Shown: positions 11,966-23,666 of the stretch, piece after piece
Layout of the letters: every line of letters starts with the position of its first letter
Position numbering within the stretch: the stretch's first letter is position 1
Origin: Eledone cirrhosa
Lineage: Eukaryota
Direction of reading: 5' to 3'
NCBI GenBank assembly: GCA_964016885.1
Contig: OZ024743.1
Coordinates: forward strand, 78,182,001 to 78,246,000
Length of the DNA stretch: 64,000 bases
Notes under the pieces: generated by a model
Seen by the model: the letters and a program-made list of their open reading frames with translations, nothing else
What the model was told of the DNA's origin: nothing
Databases searched by the model: none
Program-made: the position numbers and the translations under genes

Positions 11966-13186
11966 AGTGACTATTGTGAACACAAAGTCGCTCCCTAGTG
12001 GAGAATGCACCTCCCAACATAACTTAGTAGTTAGCAACCTTATAGTCTGGGCTAGAAGAACCCAGCAAAAGGAGTCAACCTGGAAGCTAAAAGACCCATC
12101 AACCAGTAACAAATTTAAAAGCATGTTGAATGACACTTTCCACAGTAAGGAAGAGCAAATAGAGACATACAATGTAGAGGAGCAGTAGGAGTTCCTGAAA
12201 GATAACCTACTGAAGATGACAAATGAAATATGCAGTTGGAAAAGGTCTCTCGGAGGAAGGAGAATGGCTTGGTGGTGGAACAGTAAGGTAGATGAGACAA
12301 TTAAGGCCAAAAGACAGGCTTGGAAGCAATGGTAAAATGGTGGTAGTAGAGAAGTCTATCAGAATGTTAGGAGAGAAGCTAGGTGACAAGTATACATTGC
12401 AAGAAGGGAAGCGGAAAACAAAAATTTTTAAGCATGTTTTGCAGTGTGAGGATCAAAGGCATGAGGTATTCAGGATCGCAAGGCAGTGTGTCATGGAAAA
12501 TTGTGATGTTGGTGGGGAGAAATGATTATGGTGAACTTGCCCTCACTGACATTGAAAAGAAAGTAGCATGGATGTGCCACTATGAAAGATTACTGAATGA
12601 GGAGAATGCATGGATTGAAAATAGTTTGCCCCACAATGATCCAACAGAGGGACTGGCTGTACAAGTCAGCAGTAGTATAGTAAGTAAGGTAGTCAAGGAT
12701 ATGAAAACAGGTAAGGCAGCTGGAGCCTCAGGGATAATTGCCGAGATACTGAAAGCATCAGGAATGATGGGTCTCACCAGTCACTCGCATTGTAAACAAG
12801 GTAATACAAAACAGTGCCATAGTCAATGACTGGTATAGCAGCATCATCGTCACTAGCTACAAGGGAAAAGGAGATGCTCTAGACAGAGAAAACTATAGAG
12901 GCATCAATTTGGTTGACCAGGTTATGAAGGTCACAGAAAGAGTTATAGCACAGTTGATTAGGGAACGAGTTAACTTAGATGGGATGCAGTTTGGATTTGT
13001 GCCAGATCAAACTACCACAGATGCAGTCTCACTTGTTAGGCAACTGCAAGAGAAATACCTAGCTAAAGGTAAATCACCCTACTTGGCTTTTGTGGACCTG
13101 GAGAAAGCTTTTGACAGAGACCCTCGTTCCATTATCTGGTGGGTTCTCAGAAAACTAGGAGTAGACAAGTGGCTTGTGAGGGCAGA
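11966..13186 (+). mobile_element. Degenerate RTE-type LINE (EN end / RT start)
   Basis: MKTGKAAGASGI, NYRGI, QFGFVP, AFVDLEKAFDR across several broken frames. Confidence 0.85.
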
Positions 13187-13212
13187 AATCATATGTGTGT
13201 GTGTGTTTGAGA

Positions 13213-13278
<66 letters not shown>

Positions 13279-13460
13279 AAGAGAGTGTGTATGCATGTGT
13301 GTCTGGGCGGTCAGGGTGTATAATTATGGATGGTTTTCCAAACAAGATTGGTAAAAAAAAACACATGTACACTCACAATTAAATAAGGTACTCAAGATGT
13401 TAGTAGAAAAAAAAACATATTTATTTCATATAGAAATGACTTCTACAGTCATTTTTGGTG

Positions 13461-13491
<31 letters not shown>

Positions 13492-13714
13492 ATAGAAATG
13501 GCTTCTACAGGTCTAGAACTGTTTCATTCGGGAGAAATCTTCTGCTATGTATTGAGTACTTTACTTACTGTGGTTACCTCCGATTGAACCCGGGATAAAC
13601 TTATATATATATATATATATATATATGCAGAGAATATATTTAATTTGTTGGGATTCAACAAGCTTAACAATTTTTATAACTGATATAAAGCACTCAACAG
13701 TTTAGTGGAGTAAA

Positions 13715-16275
13715 TATACAATATATCAACAAATGGAAACTATATTTATAAAACCATATTTATTTTATTATACATATTTCAAGGGCCACCAAGGCAAATT
13801 ATGGTGCGCTTTCATCAGATAAAATACAATACAGATTTGTTTTATAAATAAACATTGACATACCCTGAAAAAAAGTCAACCTTAATGGTTGGAGCTTCCT
13901 GGATAGTGGAGATATTACATTTATTGAGGGTGATAGAAAATTATGATTGAGTATGCAAATGAGTGTCTGAAAGTTTGAAAAGATAACGGTTTATTTAAAT
14001 TAAACTGTTGGAAGAAGATGATATGTGAGGGAGAGAGAGAAAAGAAAGAAAGAATGAAAAAAAAAAGGAGCGATTATATATATTTTTGACAGTGAAAATA
14101 GTGTGAAGAGAAGAGCGTAATTATATTTTTAAGTGAGAGAAAATATTAGTTACAAAGGACAAATACAGCGTAAGTATATTTACGTGAGATGAAAAAAGAA
14201 GAAAGGAAGAAAAAATGAGAATAGTGTGGAGGAATAATATTTATAATGCAGGATTCGTTATGTTTTGATTATAATATTTATAATGATAGGTTGAAAAAAT
14301 TAGATTAAAGGTTTAATTTAATAATTAGTTTAAATGAGTGTTAAGGATTATAAATTATTAACAAATATATATTATTTTAGAGCAAATATAGTATAGTTTA
14401 TTTTATTAAAAGTTGTAAGTCAAAAATTTAAAATATCCAAATAATTCTAAATTTATGGAAAATTTTCTAGAGTTTACAAAAGAATAACCACTTAGTTATA
14501 TTATAAAAACAGTAAAGGAGCGTAAAGGAAGTTATAAGTGATTTTTTAAGAACTCAGATGACTCTAAGGATTAAATGCTATAAAGTTAAGAAGTTAAATT
14601 TTCTATCTTAAGAATGTAATTAGAACATGAACCTTATGTTATTTTATACGAAGTCATAAATTTACATGCTATAAAGTTAGAACATTTAAAAAATTTTCTT
14701 AAGAATATATTTAAAGCATTAAACATAGGTTACTCCACATATATATTTTAAAAAAAACATGTTTTTCCACATATATATAAACATTTGGATATATATATTA
14801 AAAACTTTGAAAATATAAGAATATAAAAATATAGTTTTTCTATATCTTTCAAAGGAATTTTCAAAAGATGTTCTTAAACCCTTCAGTAAGTTTTTAAAGA
14901 AATTCAACTTTTAAATATATATATAAAATGTAATATACGACTTATCTCTTTTACATAATGTCTTCTATATCCATATATGATTCATATACTTAATTTGTTT
15001 TCTATTATCTCTACTTCACATATATATTATTACACCTATCGATAAATTATTAAATTCCTTTATATGACTGCTTGAAACACCTTTAAGAAATTTTTTTTCT
15101 TGAAAAACTTACTGAAGGGTTTAAGAAAATCTTTTGAAAATTCCTTTGAAAGATATAGAATATTTTTATATTCTTATATTTTCAAAGTTTTTCATATATA
15201 TATCCAAATGTTTATATATATGTGGAAAAGCATATGGTTTTTTTTATATATATATGGAGTAACCTATGGTTTATGATTTAAATATATTCTTAAGAAATTT
15301 TTTTAAATGTTCTAACTTTATAGCATGTAAATTTATGACTTTGTATAAAATAACATAAGGTTCATGTTCTAATTACATTCTTAAGATAGAAAATTTAACT
15401 TCTTAACTTTATCAAATTTAATCCCTAGAGTCATCCGAGTTCTTTAAAAAAAATCACTTATAACTTCCTTTACGCTCCTTTACTGTTTTTATAATATAAC
15501 TAAGTGGTTATTCTTTTGTAAACTCTAGAAAATTTTCCATAAATTTAGAATTATTTGGATATTTTAAATTTTTGACTTACAACTTTTAATAAAATAAACT
15601 ATACTATATTTGCTCTAAAATAATATATATTTTTTAATAATTTATAATCCTTAACATACACATTTAAACTAATTGTTAAATTATTAAATTAAACCTTTAA
15701 TCTAATTTTTTCCACCTATCATTATAAATATTATAATCAAAACATAACGAATCCTGCATTATAAATATTATTCCTCCACACTATTCTCATTTCTTCTTTT
15801 TTCCTCTCACGTAAATATACTTACGCTGTATTTGTCCTTTGTAACTAATATTTTCTCTCACTTAAAAATATAATTATGCTCTTCGCTTCACACTATTTTC
15901 ACTGTCAAAAATATATATAATCACTCCTTCTTTTCATTCTTTCTTTCTTTCTTTCTTTTTTCTCTCTCCCTCACATATCACCTTCTTCCAACAGTTTAAT
16001 TTAAATAAACCGTTATCTTTTCAACCTCTCAGACACTCATTTGCATACTCAAACATAATTTTCTATCACCCTCAATAAATGTAATATCTCCACTATCCAG
16101 AAAGCTCCAACCATTAAGGTTGTCTTTTTTAAGGGTATGTCAATATTTATTTATAAAACAAATCTGTATTGTATTATATCTGATGAAAGCGCACCATAAT
16201 TTGCCTTGGTGGCCCTTGAAATATGTATAATAAAATAAATATGCTTTTATAAATATAGTTTCCATTTGTTAATAT

Positions 16276-16280
<5 letters not shown>
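13715..16280. repeat. Large inverted repeat (~1.2-kb arms, ~190-bp spacer) derived from a Penelope-like element 3' region
   Basis: 13728 aacaaatggaaactatatttataaaa...gggccaccaaggcaaattatggtgcgc is the reverse complement of 16190-16270. Complementarity continues inward to ~14900/15095. A third copy lies at 57535-58940, attached to a GIY-YIG remnant. Confidence 0.92.
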
Positions 16281-16331
<51 letters not shown>

Positions 16332-16584
16332 TATGTTTGCTTAGAATGAAAGGGAAATTGTTTATAAGATATTTCAAATACAAATATTAAAATTAAAATC
16401 AGCTTTCTTATTTACTACAAGTAGGAACAGCACCTGCCTTCCAGGAAAATTTCTGCTAATATATATGTTACCAGAGGGAATGTCCAGACATTATGTATTC
16501 TGTACAATATATAAGCTTTGCACAATGCTTGTAACATATATAATGTATGAGTATGAACTCACACTAACATATTTGAATGTGAAT

Positions 16585-16614
16585 TTTATTTAATTTTGTT
16601 TACCAGTATTTATT
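16585..16614 (-). promoter_or_regulatory. Candidate polyadenylation signals of the SLC22 gene
   Basis: Two AATAAA hexamers on the minus strand (16614..16609, 16590..16585), 145-170 nt past the stop. The AT-rich context makes chance hits likely. Confidence 0.35.
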
Positions 16615-16757
16615 TCCTAGAGGACAGAGACACAGACATTGGTTTTTATATGGAGATAAAATATAAGTATTTATGAATTTATAAAAACTGGGATTTTTTA
16701 ATATATTCAAGAGAATATTGCTCTTCTTTTTTTATCATGACATTTCATTTACATACA

Positions 16758-16965
16758 TTATATTCTGTTTAAATCTTCAAGTTTTTGAGGTAAATCTTTA
16801 TCTTTCGTTTCTGGTAGTAATAGCAACAATAAACCAGATATCACAGACAAAAGACCATAGATGCTTAGAGGAAGCCATGAAACATAGAATGATAGTTGAA
16901 GTATAAAAGGGGCAAAGATACCACCAATACGAGCACACATAGAAGATATGCCTAAACCATTTGTT
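16758..16965 (-). CDS. SLC22/Orct-like transporter, final coding exon 9
   Basis: ttcag acceptor; TNGLGISSMCARIGGIFAPF...LLPETK...LEDLNRI*. The nine exons sum to 1674 nt = 557 aa + stop with no internal stops. Confidence 0.95.
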
Positions 16966-17059
16966 CTGAAAAACAAAAATAATTTGTTACTTTACATATA
17001 TTTCTGTTAGAATTTGACTAATATGTGTTTGTTTTAAGTATTTCAATTATATATCTGAC

Positions 17060-17375
17060 ACCACCCTTCATCTGTAAAGTTATTTTGGTACAACAACATC
17101 CAGTCCAAAATAAATGAGGTCGTGTAGGTGTCATGACAAAAAAAAACACAGTCCACACTGTAATGTGGCCATGTGGGTAACATGGTAAAAACCTCCCAGT
17201 CCACACTGTAAACGTGGTTGGTGTTAGGAAGGGCATCTAGCCGTAGAAACCTGCTAGACAGTCCTATACGAGCGAGACACAGTCACCCGACCAATCTTGC
17301 CTCAAGTGGGACAATTCCCCTCTAAACCCATACTAGCGTGGAAGAGAGATGTTAAACGACAATGATGATGATGGT
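17060..17375 (+). mobile_element. SINE-like repeat with RTE-type 3' tail
   Basis: ctgtaaa..tggttggtgttaggaagggcatc...aacccat..tagcgtggaa...gttaaacga..(gat)n. Highly similar copy at 40372-40690; related copies at 18990-19185, 24650-24890, 26565-26940, 31022-31250 and 62320-62535. Confidence 0.75.
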
Positions 17376-17409
17376 GGTGAAACATTCATTACTTCTGATT
17401 AACTGAATG

Positions 17410-17845
17410 TCTCTTCTACATACATTATATACACCTCATTCTACACACCTCACTCTATACACATCAATCTACACACTACAATCAATACAATGCATTATAT
17501 ATTCCTCAGTCTACACACCACATTATGTACATGACTATTTACACACCACATTATATAGACCTCATTCAACACACTTCATTATGTATACAACTATTTACAC
17601 ACCACATTATATACACCTCATTCTATAAACTACAATCTACACACCTCAATATATACACGCATTAATCTACCCACCACATCATATATTCTAAAATCTACAC
17701 ACCTCAATATATACACACATTAATCTACCCACCACATCATATATACTACAATCTACACACCTCAATATATACCCACATTAATCTACCCACCACATCATAT
17801 ATACTACAATCTACACACTTCATTATATACACCTCATTCTATCTT
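17410..17845 (+). repeat. Intronic minisatellite (58-bp unit at 17631-17820, degenerate subunits upstream)
   Basis: tacaatctacacacctcaatatatacac..attaatctacccaccacatcatatatac recurs at 17631, 17689 and 17747. Confidence 0.85.
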
Positions 17846-17878
17846 GGATTTTTACAAAGATGTCTCAACAAAACTTAC

Positions 17879-17987
17879 CGAACTACTGTTGGAAATATTT
17901 CTGCTGTTAACAGATAAATTGAACCAAAAGCTGCAGAGATTCCAAATTTTCCCAGAATAACCAGGATCAGAGGAAACCAATATGAAC
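17879..17987 (-). CDS. SLC22/Orct-like transporter, coding exon 8
   Basis: Not in the ORF track. tttag acceptor, cg|gtaagt donor, 109 nt, LGKFGISAAFGSIYLLTAEIFPTVV(R): the SLC22 'ELFPTVVR' motif. Confidence 0.95.
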
Positions 17988-18691
17988 CTAAAACATAATT
18001 AAATCAAAAGATATTGCAGCAGATGCCTCAGTCCTTCTCCTTCTCCTAATATATACATTACATTACAGGTGAATATCTAATAGGTAAAACTTACACTACA
18101 AGATGCTCCACCCCCACTTCCTCACCAGACCTGCTAAATCCTCCATGATCCAATATATTCCATCAGAAGGTATCGACATTGGCCCCTCAAGGGTAAGCAA
18201 TCTACAATCTCTGTTTGTAACTAACTCCTTTAAAGTGTTTAAATTTTCTTTAGATAATTAGCTTACAACTCAAGTTACTCACATATACATACATACAGAT
18301 TAGCTTATAAATTAAGTTATGCACATATTACACACACACATTTCAAAGAGAAATTCAGAACTCTGGAATTACTTCCCTTGTTCTCGAAAACTGGCTCTCC
18401 ACTGTATTAAAACTAAATTTAGTGAGCTGTTTCTTTTTGTAATCTTGTCCTTGCACCCAATGAAAAACCAGTATTGAAATAGCTCCTCCATTATACAGTA
18501 GTGGCCATAACTTGACCCTGAAACCTAAGGTCGTGCATATATGTTAAGTCTATTACATTTTAATTATCCTAAATAAGCTGTCTTCCAAATAGATTGAGCC
18601 TTATTTTCATTGGCCTTTTATATATGGATATCCTGCAAACACACACAGACACACACACACATATATATGTATTTATGTATATATATATTAC

Positions 18692-18906
18692 CTTTGGGTA
18701 CAAAATTGGAGATGATGCAGTTTAATCCACTAAATATCATGAAAAAACTAATGGGTTTTCGATGGTCAAAACATATAAATAAAAAGTAACTACATAAAAA
18801 GCTTGGTATCTCTACTGCCATCATCAGCAGGAAGTTTATGTATTGGTTTCCAGCCATGTCAACAGCATTAATTGTTGTTCCATAGTACAGCATACTCATC
18901 ACCATC
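18692..18906 (-). CDS. SLC22/Orct-like transporter, coding exon 7
   Basis: ttacag acceptor, g|gtaat donor, 215 nt, MLYYG...GNQYINF...VEIP. Confidence 0.95.
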
Positions 18907-19329
18907 CTGTAAAACAACAACAGCAACAACATTAAATAAACATCTATATATTGTTTATGCTTGAATTGTAGACATGTCCTGCAGTAGGCTATTCATCATC
19001 ATCATCATCATCGTTTAACGTCCATGTTCCACGCTTGCATGGGTTTGGACGAGAGTTTTCCCACTTCAGGCAAGAGTGGTTGACTTGCTCGCATAGGACT
19101 GTCTGGCGGGTTTTCTACAGCTGGATGCCCTTCCTAACACCAACCACATTTAGAGTGTGGGGCTGGGAGGTTTTTACCGTGTTGCCTAGATATATATACA
19201 CACTTATAGATGTGTAAAATCCCAACAGCGATGCCACTCTACATCTCCCCATGTAACAAGTACCAACATAATCAATGGTCTCCTTGGTCTCAGTACCGCA
19301 GACTCTCTCTCTCCTTCACATATATATAA

Positions 19330-20586
19330 ATAGCTGGCCCGTCCGGCTGGTGCCCGGCTAGGTATACTGGTATTTTATCTTTTCAGGAATCACCCTACAC
19401 TCCAGTGCAAAGATACCGCACGCCCTCTCAAGTCAGCAAGGGGTGGGTGTGGTTAACGTGCTCTGATGTTGGGTTTGAATAGTTTTTAGGATTCCCTAGC
19501 TCAGCAGCCAGTACGTTAAAGAAAATTGATGGTTACAACAATAAAGGCTGAACAGAGAACACATTTTTTAACAAACAATAATTTGTACAACCATAATGGA
19601 AATTCCAAGTAACAGAAAATATTTAAATTACATAGTTAGAGCCTCAGAGTATACAATCTTTTTGTTCGGCCCTCCAGAGAAAAGATGAAGAGATTGTTTG
19701 GTGAGCTCACCCTAGAGCATCCTACATACAATTGACCATGGGAGAATCCCAGAGAAGCTCTGTAGACGTTGACCTCTGGACACTCCTGTCAGGAGCAGGT
19801 AAGCTGTAGTGACTTAGAGGCCTACCACCAATCTCCAGGTTACTGTTTTCAAGACAAATGAGTGCCTCATGGAAAACAACATCGTATGTTACATTTGGAT
19901 TGTGTCTGCATGTGCGGTGGAGGATGTCCTCAGCTAGACTTTCCCGGTGGTTGTTCCACAGTGTGAGAGGGTCCGCGAGATCACAGTTGTGCAGCATAAT
20001 AGCAAAAAGTTTTCGCAACTGCGAAGGGACTTTAGCAGTTGCTGCTTCTTGCAGTGTGAGGTGCCAATGGCTGTCCTTGTGTAACATATCACGCATCTGC
20101 CAAGCCAAACGGTAATTTTAATATATATATTAAAATAACAGATTAAAGTTTAAGCAAAGAATCGCTGCTTTCACCCTTAACGGGATTTTCTGAAACTAAA
20201 AAATTCCGTCTATGAACGCAGAAGTAAATATTCCGAAAAACGTTATCTAATGCAGACAGCCAGACATACAGAGACATATTGTAATTGCGCTACGTTATAG
20301 CTATGTATCTATCTAAAAAGACAGACTAAGAAAAAGAGGGGAATGTTGTGCAACGTCATAAGAAAAAGTGAGGAATGACGTATAACCGGAAGTGTTGACA
20401 TTTGAAATTTTAAAGAAGTGAATATTTAAATGTCTTTAATCTTTTAACAAAATTCAGTATACAAAAATACCCTCACTTTTTTACTTGGAAAAAGTTACAT
20501 CTATGGTGCAAATTTGGTGCTGTTTGGTCCAGCCGTTTGGCAGAAAGTTTGTTATCTACATATGGCTGTCAGCTTTATAGTATAGA
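19330..20586 (-). mobile_element. Internally deleted Helitron
   Basis: 5' TCTATACTATAAAG at 20586 and a GC-rich 3' subterminal region. Coding remnants QLRKLFAIMLHNCDLADPLTLW (Rep-Hel linker) and ALG*AHQ/SSPNNLFIF-like helicase C-terminal remnant near 19650-19720. Confidence 0.75.
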
Positions 20587-21346
20587 TTAAGGCAAAAGGG
20601 GGAAAAAAGTTTTTTATTCAAATTCCATCTTTAATTTCTACAATTATTTCTATACTAATGTATCAAGCTCAACACACCTAACCAAAATAACAGTGGATTA
20701 TTTTTCACGCTTATCTCTCTCTCTCTCTGTGAATGTATGTGTGTGTTTGTGTGCATGTATGTGTGTGTTTGTGCGAATGTATGTCTGTGAGTGCGTATTT
20801 TTTGTAAGCATGTCTGTGTTTGCGTATTTATATTTATATACTCATACATATAAATGTATGCATATGCACTAACACACACACATGTCAGCGTATGGAAAAA
20901 ACCTAATAAATATAGATGCTATTAGTCCATGAAAACCAGTAGAAAAAAAATAGATTATTCTCTATAGAGGATATAATTATTGGTTTCTAATTTAGGCACA
21001 AGGCCAACAATTTTTGTGGGAAGGAGAAAGTCGATTAAGTTGATCCCAGTTAGTTACTGGTACTTTATTTTATCGACCCTGTAAGGATGAAAGGCAAAGC
21101 TAACCTTGGCGGGATTTGAACACAGAACATAAAGGGTCGTAACTATGCTGAAAGCATGTTGTCCGATACTTTACTGCTATAGTTATTGTAATTACATATT
21201 TAAAGGTACGTAGAGATTTAAACATTGACAATAAATGACGTGACGATATTGAAATGTTCACTAAAGTAGATATTTTGAAGTTGAAAAGACAAAAAAGGTG
21301 ATAACTTATATTTTAGCTTAAATATAAACATAGGCGTATATGTTAA

Positions 21347-21566
21347 CCCTTTAGCATTTATATTACTCTATATTTATTATTGTATTTCCACGGTAAACAC
21401 TTTATCTCACAGAATTATCTCACATAATATCGAATCTACGAGATTTTGATATTTATTTTGAGAGCAATATCTTACATATATATGAATAGCCATTTACAGC
21501 CAGTTTGAACAGAAAAAGGTGGGAGAATTCTGGCCAGATATGGCTGGTTTTAATTGCTAAAGAGAT
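21347..21566. mobile_element. TTAA-flanked (piggyBac-like) MITE
   Basis: ttaa CCCTTTAGCATTTA ... ttgctaaagag. Same family as 2920-3122/8742-8818, 22698-23666 and 28930-29138. Confidence 0.65.
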
Positions 21567-21569
21567 AAT

Positions 21570-21754
21570 TGTTTCTAGTTTAGACACAAGGCCAGCAATT
21601 ACCCAGTGCATTACTGGTACTTTATTTTATCGACCCCGTAAGGATGAAAGGCAAAGTCAACCTTGGCGGGATTTGAACTCAGATCATAAAGGGACGTAAC
21701 TACGCTGGAAAGCATGGCGTCCGACCCTCTACCGATACTGCCAATCCACCGCCC
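21570..21754 (-). mobile_element. Full-length tRNA-derived SINE with 18-bp target-site duplication
   Basis: A box (tggcagtatcggtag), B box (gagttcaaatcc), conserved cctttcatccttacggggtcgataaa domain. TSD aattgctaaagagataat at 21552-21569 and 21755-21772. Confidence 0.88.
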
Positions 21755-22697
21755 AATTGCTAAAGAGATAATGTCAGCAGTTTCCTAGTTTTATGTCCAT
21801 ACGGTGGAGTTCATTCAAACTCCAATTGATTAAGGCTATACTAGACAACAGGCACAGCTAGGGAGTTTATAGCTTCAATTCTATTCTGGACCATTTTAAC
21901 ATGTCTATAATATTCTTTCCTGATCTTGTTTTTCATTGATCATGCTGAATCCCTTTTCCTTCATTTACACCAAGATAATTATTGAAGCCTCCCTTGATCC
22001 AGATCCATGATAACTGTGTCATTATTACATTGGCTTGAGGTAATAGCTGTCAATTTATCGTGTTTAAATGTAACTTTTGCACACTTATAGGTGGGCAAAG
22101 GAGGAGGGGAACTCTAATTTTTAATGTGATATAGTTATAATGTTGTTTTGTAATTTTAAGAATGTCTTGCTAATTCAAAAGTATATAGTACATTTACAGA
22201 CATTGCAAAAATATGCTAATAAAGACTAGTTTTTTTATGTGATGCATTCATAGTGTTGTTTTGTACTTTTCAATAATGCCTTGTTAATGTGGTTTCATGT
22301 GGTGTAAGATATTAAAAGTTAACCCTTTAGTTACCAACCCCACTCTGGTTCTATGAAATAAAATCACTCATTTTAAAGGTTTCCAATTTAAACTAAAATC
22401 TTCCATATCTTCCATTGCATTAAGTTACTATCTTAGTAATGAAATAATTAATAATTTTAGTAAATCCCTCAAAATTCTTCATAAATTAATTAATTAAAAT
22501 AGAGTGTATTTCATTAGAAAGACAGTCATGAAAGAATTAATTATTCATTTCTAAACTCTATATAAAATATCTGGTTAAAAAAACTTTAAACTAATCATAA
22601 CCTAATTCTTGAGCCTGCACTACAACAAACCCTACTAATATTTGTACATAACTTAAATTTAAAGTATCAACTGACCTAAAACATACTTTCAGCTTAA

Positions 22698-23666
22698 CCC
22701 TTTAGCATTTACATTACTCTATATTTACTATAGTATTTTTTTGGTAGAGGCTTTATCTTAACTATAATAAAGAAAGGAGTGTGGGACTGCATCCAGAATA
22801 TAATTTTTTATCCCATTTGTAAAATAAGTTGGATTACTTTGAATAAATAATGAATCAATATTAAATAATTTATCTGCTAAATTTCGTAGCTTTTGATTAA
22901 ATATATTTTATTGCTTATTCAAAGATTCACTTCTTTAACATTTTCAAATGTCAACACTTCCAGTTAACGATCACTTAAATAAACATTCATATATTTCCGT
23001 CACTAAATTTTCTCCTAATGCAGTTTATATATAATTTTTTTTCCGTCATACTAGCGATAATTCACAAACATTTATTTACAATAGTTTATAACTTTGCCTA
23101 TTAATCCGTATGGTAAGCAAATGGGGTCCCATGTGCTGGCCTCCTCACAGCCTTGGCAGACAGGATGGAGAAGGCGTTTCCCCGGAAGATGGTAAGGGAG
23201 ATGCACTGGAAGAGCCATTCCAACTCGCGAGGCTCACACCTGCAGCTGGCTAGATCAGCGCCTATGGTGGTGAATAGGGAGGTAGCCCTAGAGCCAAGGA
23301 CACCCAAAGTCTCCACTGTCAAGGGCACGACCGCAGACCTGTCGGAGAGTGAAAGGTACTTGGAAAGTTTGGCCTCCTCAGCCCAAATATCCTTTTTTTT
23401 AATGTATCATGGATTATGCATATAATATACACTTGCGTATAATATCAATATACACACTACACATGCTAGCAGAAAACCACCCTTCAGGTGGTTTTTCTGC
23501 TAGATTTACATAATTATCTTTCATAATATCGAATCTATGAGATTTTGATGATATTATTTATTTTGAGAAGAATACCTTAACGTCGATATGAGGGGCCGTT
23601 TACGACCAGGTTGAAGGGAAGGGGAGAGAATTCTAGCCGGATATGGACAGTTTAAATGCTAAAGGG
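22698..23666. mobile_element. TTAA-type MITE interrupted by a Helitron-like insertion (22756-23503)
   Basis: TIRs ccctttagcattta/taaatgctaaaggg. The insert starts TCTTAACTATAATAAAG and ends with hairpin gcagaaaaccacc-cttc-aggtggtttttctgc + CTAG. Confidence 0.75.
23100..23385 (-). mobile_element. 3' fragment of a restriction-like-endonuclease retrotransposon (CRE-like)
   Basis: PLTVETLGVLG...WLFQCISLTIFRGNAFSIL resembles the 'QRISxAIxRGNA' C-terminus of CRE-clade elements. Second copy at ~45905-46045. Confidence 0.6.

Noticed and set aside
13495-13545. Hammerhead-like sequence (minus strand) related to 56922
   Set aside because: The core reads CAGAAGA and the stem I 5' strand is lost at a rearrangement junction; not a complete ribozyme.
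17410-17845. Regularly spaced repeats resembling a CRISPR array
   Set aside because: Head-to-tail minisatellite without unique spacers, in a eukaryotic intron, with no cas genes.
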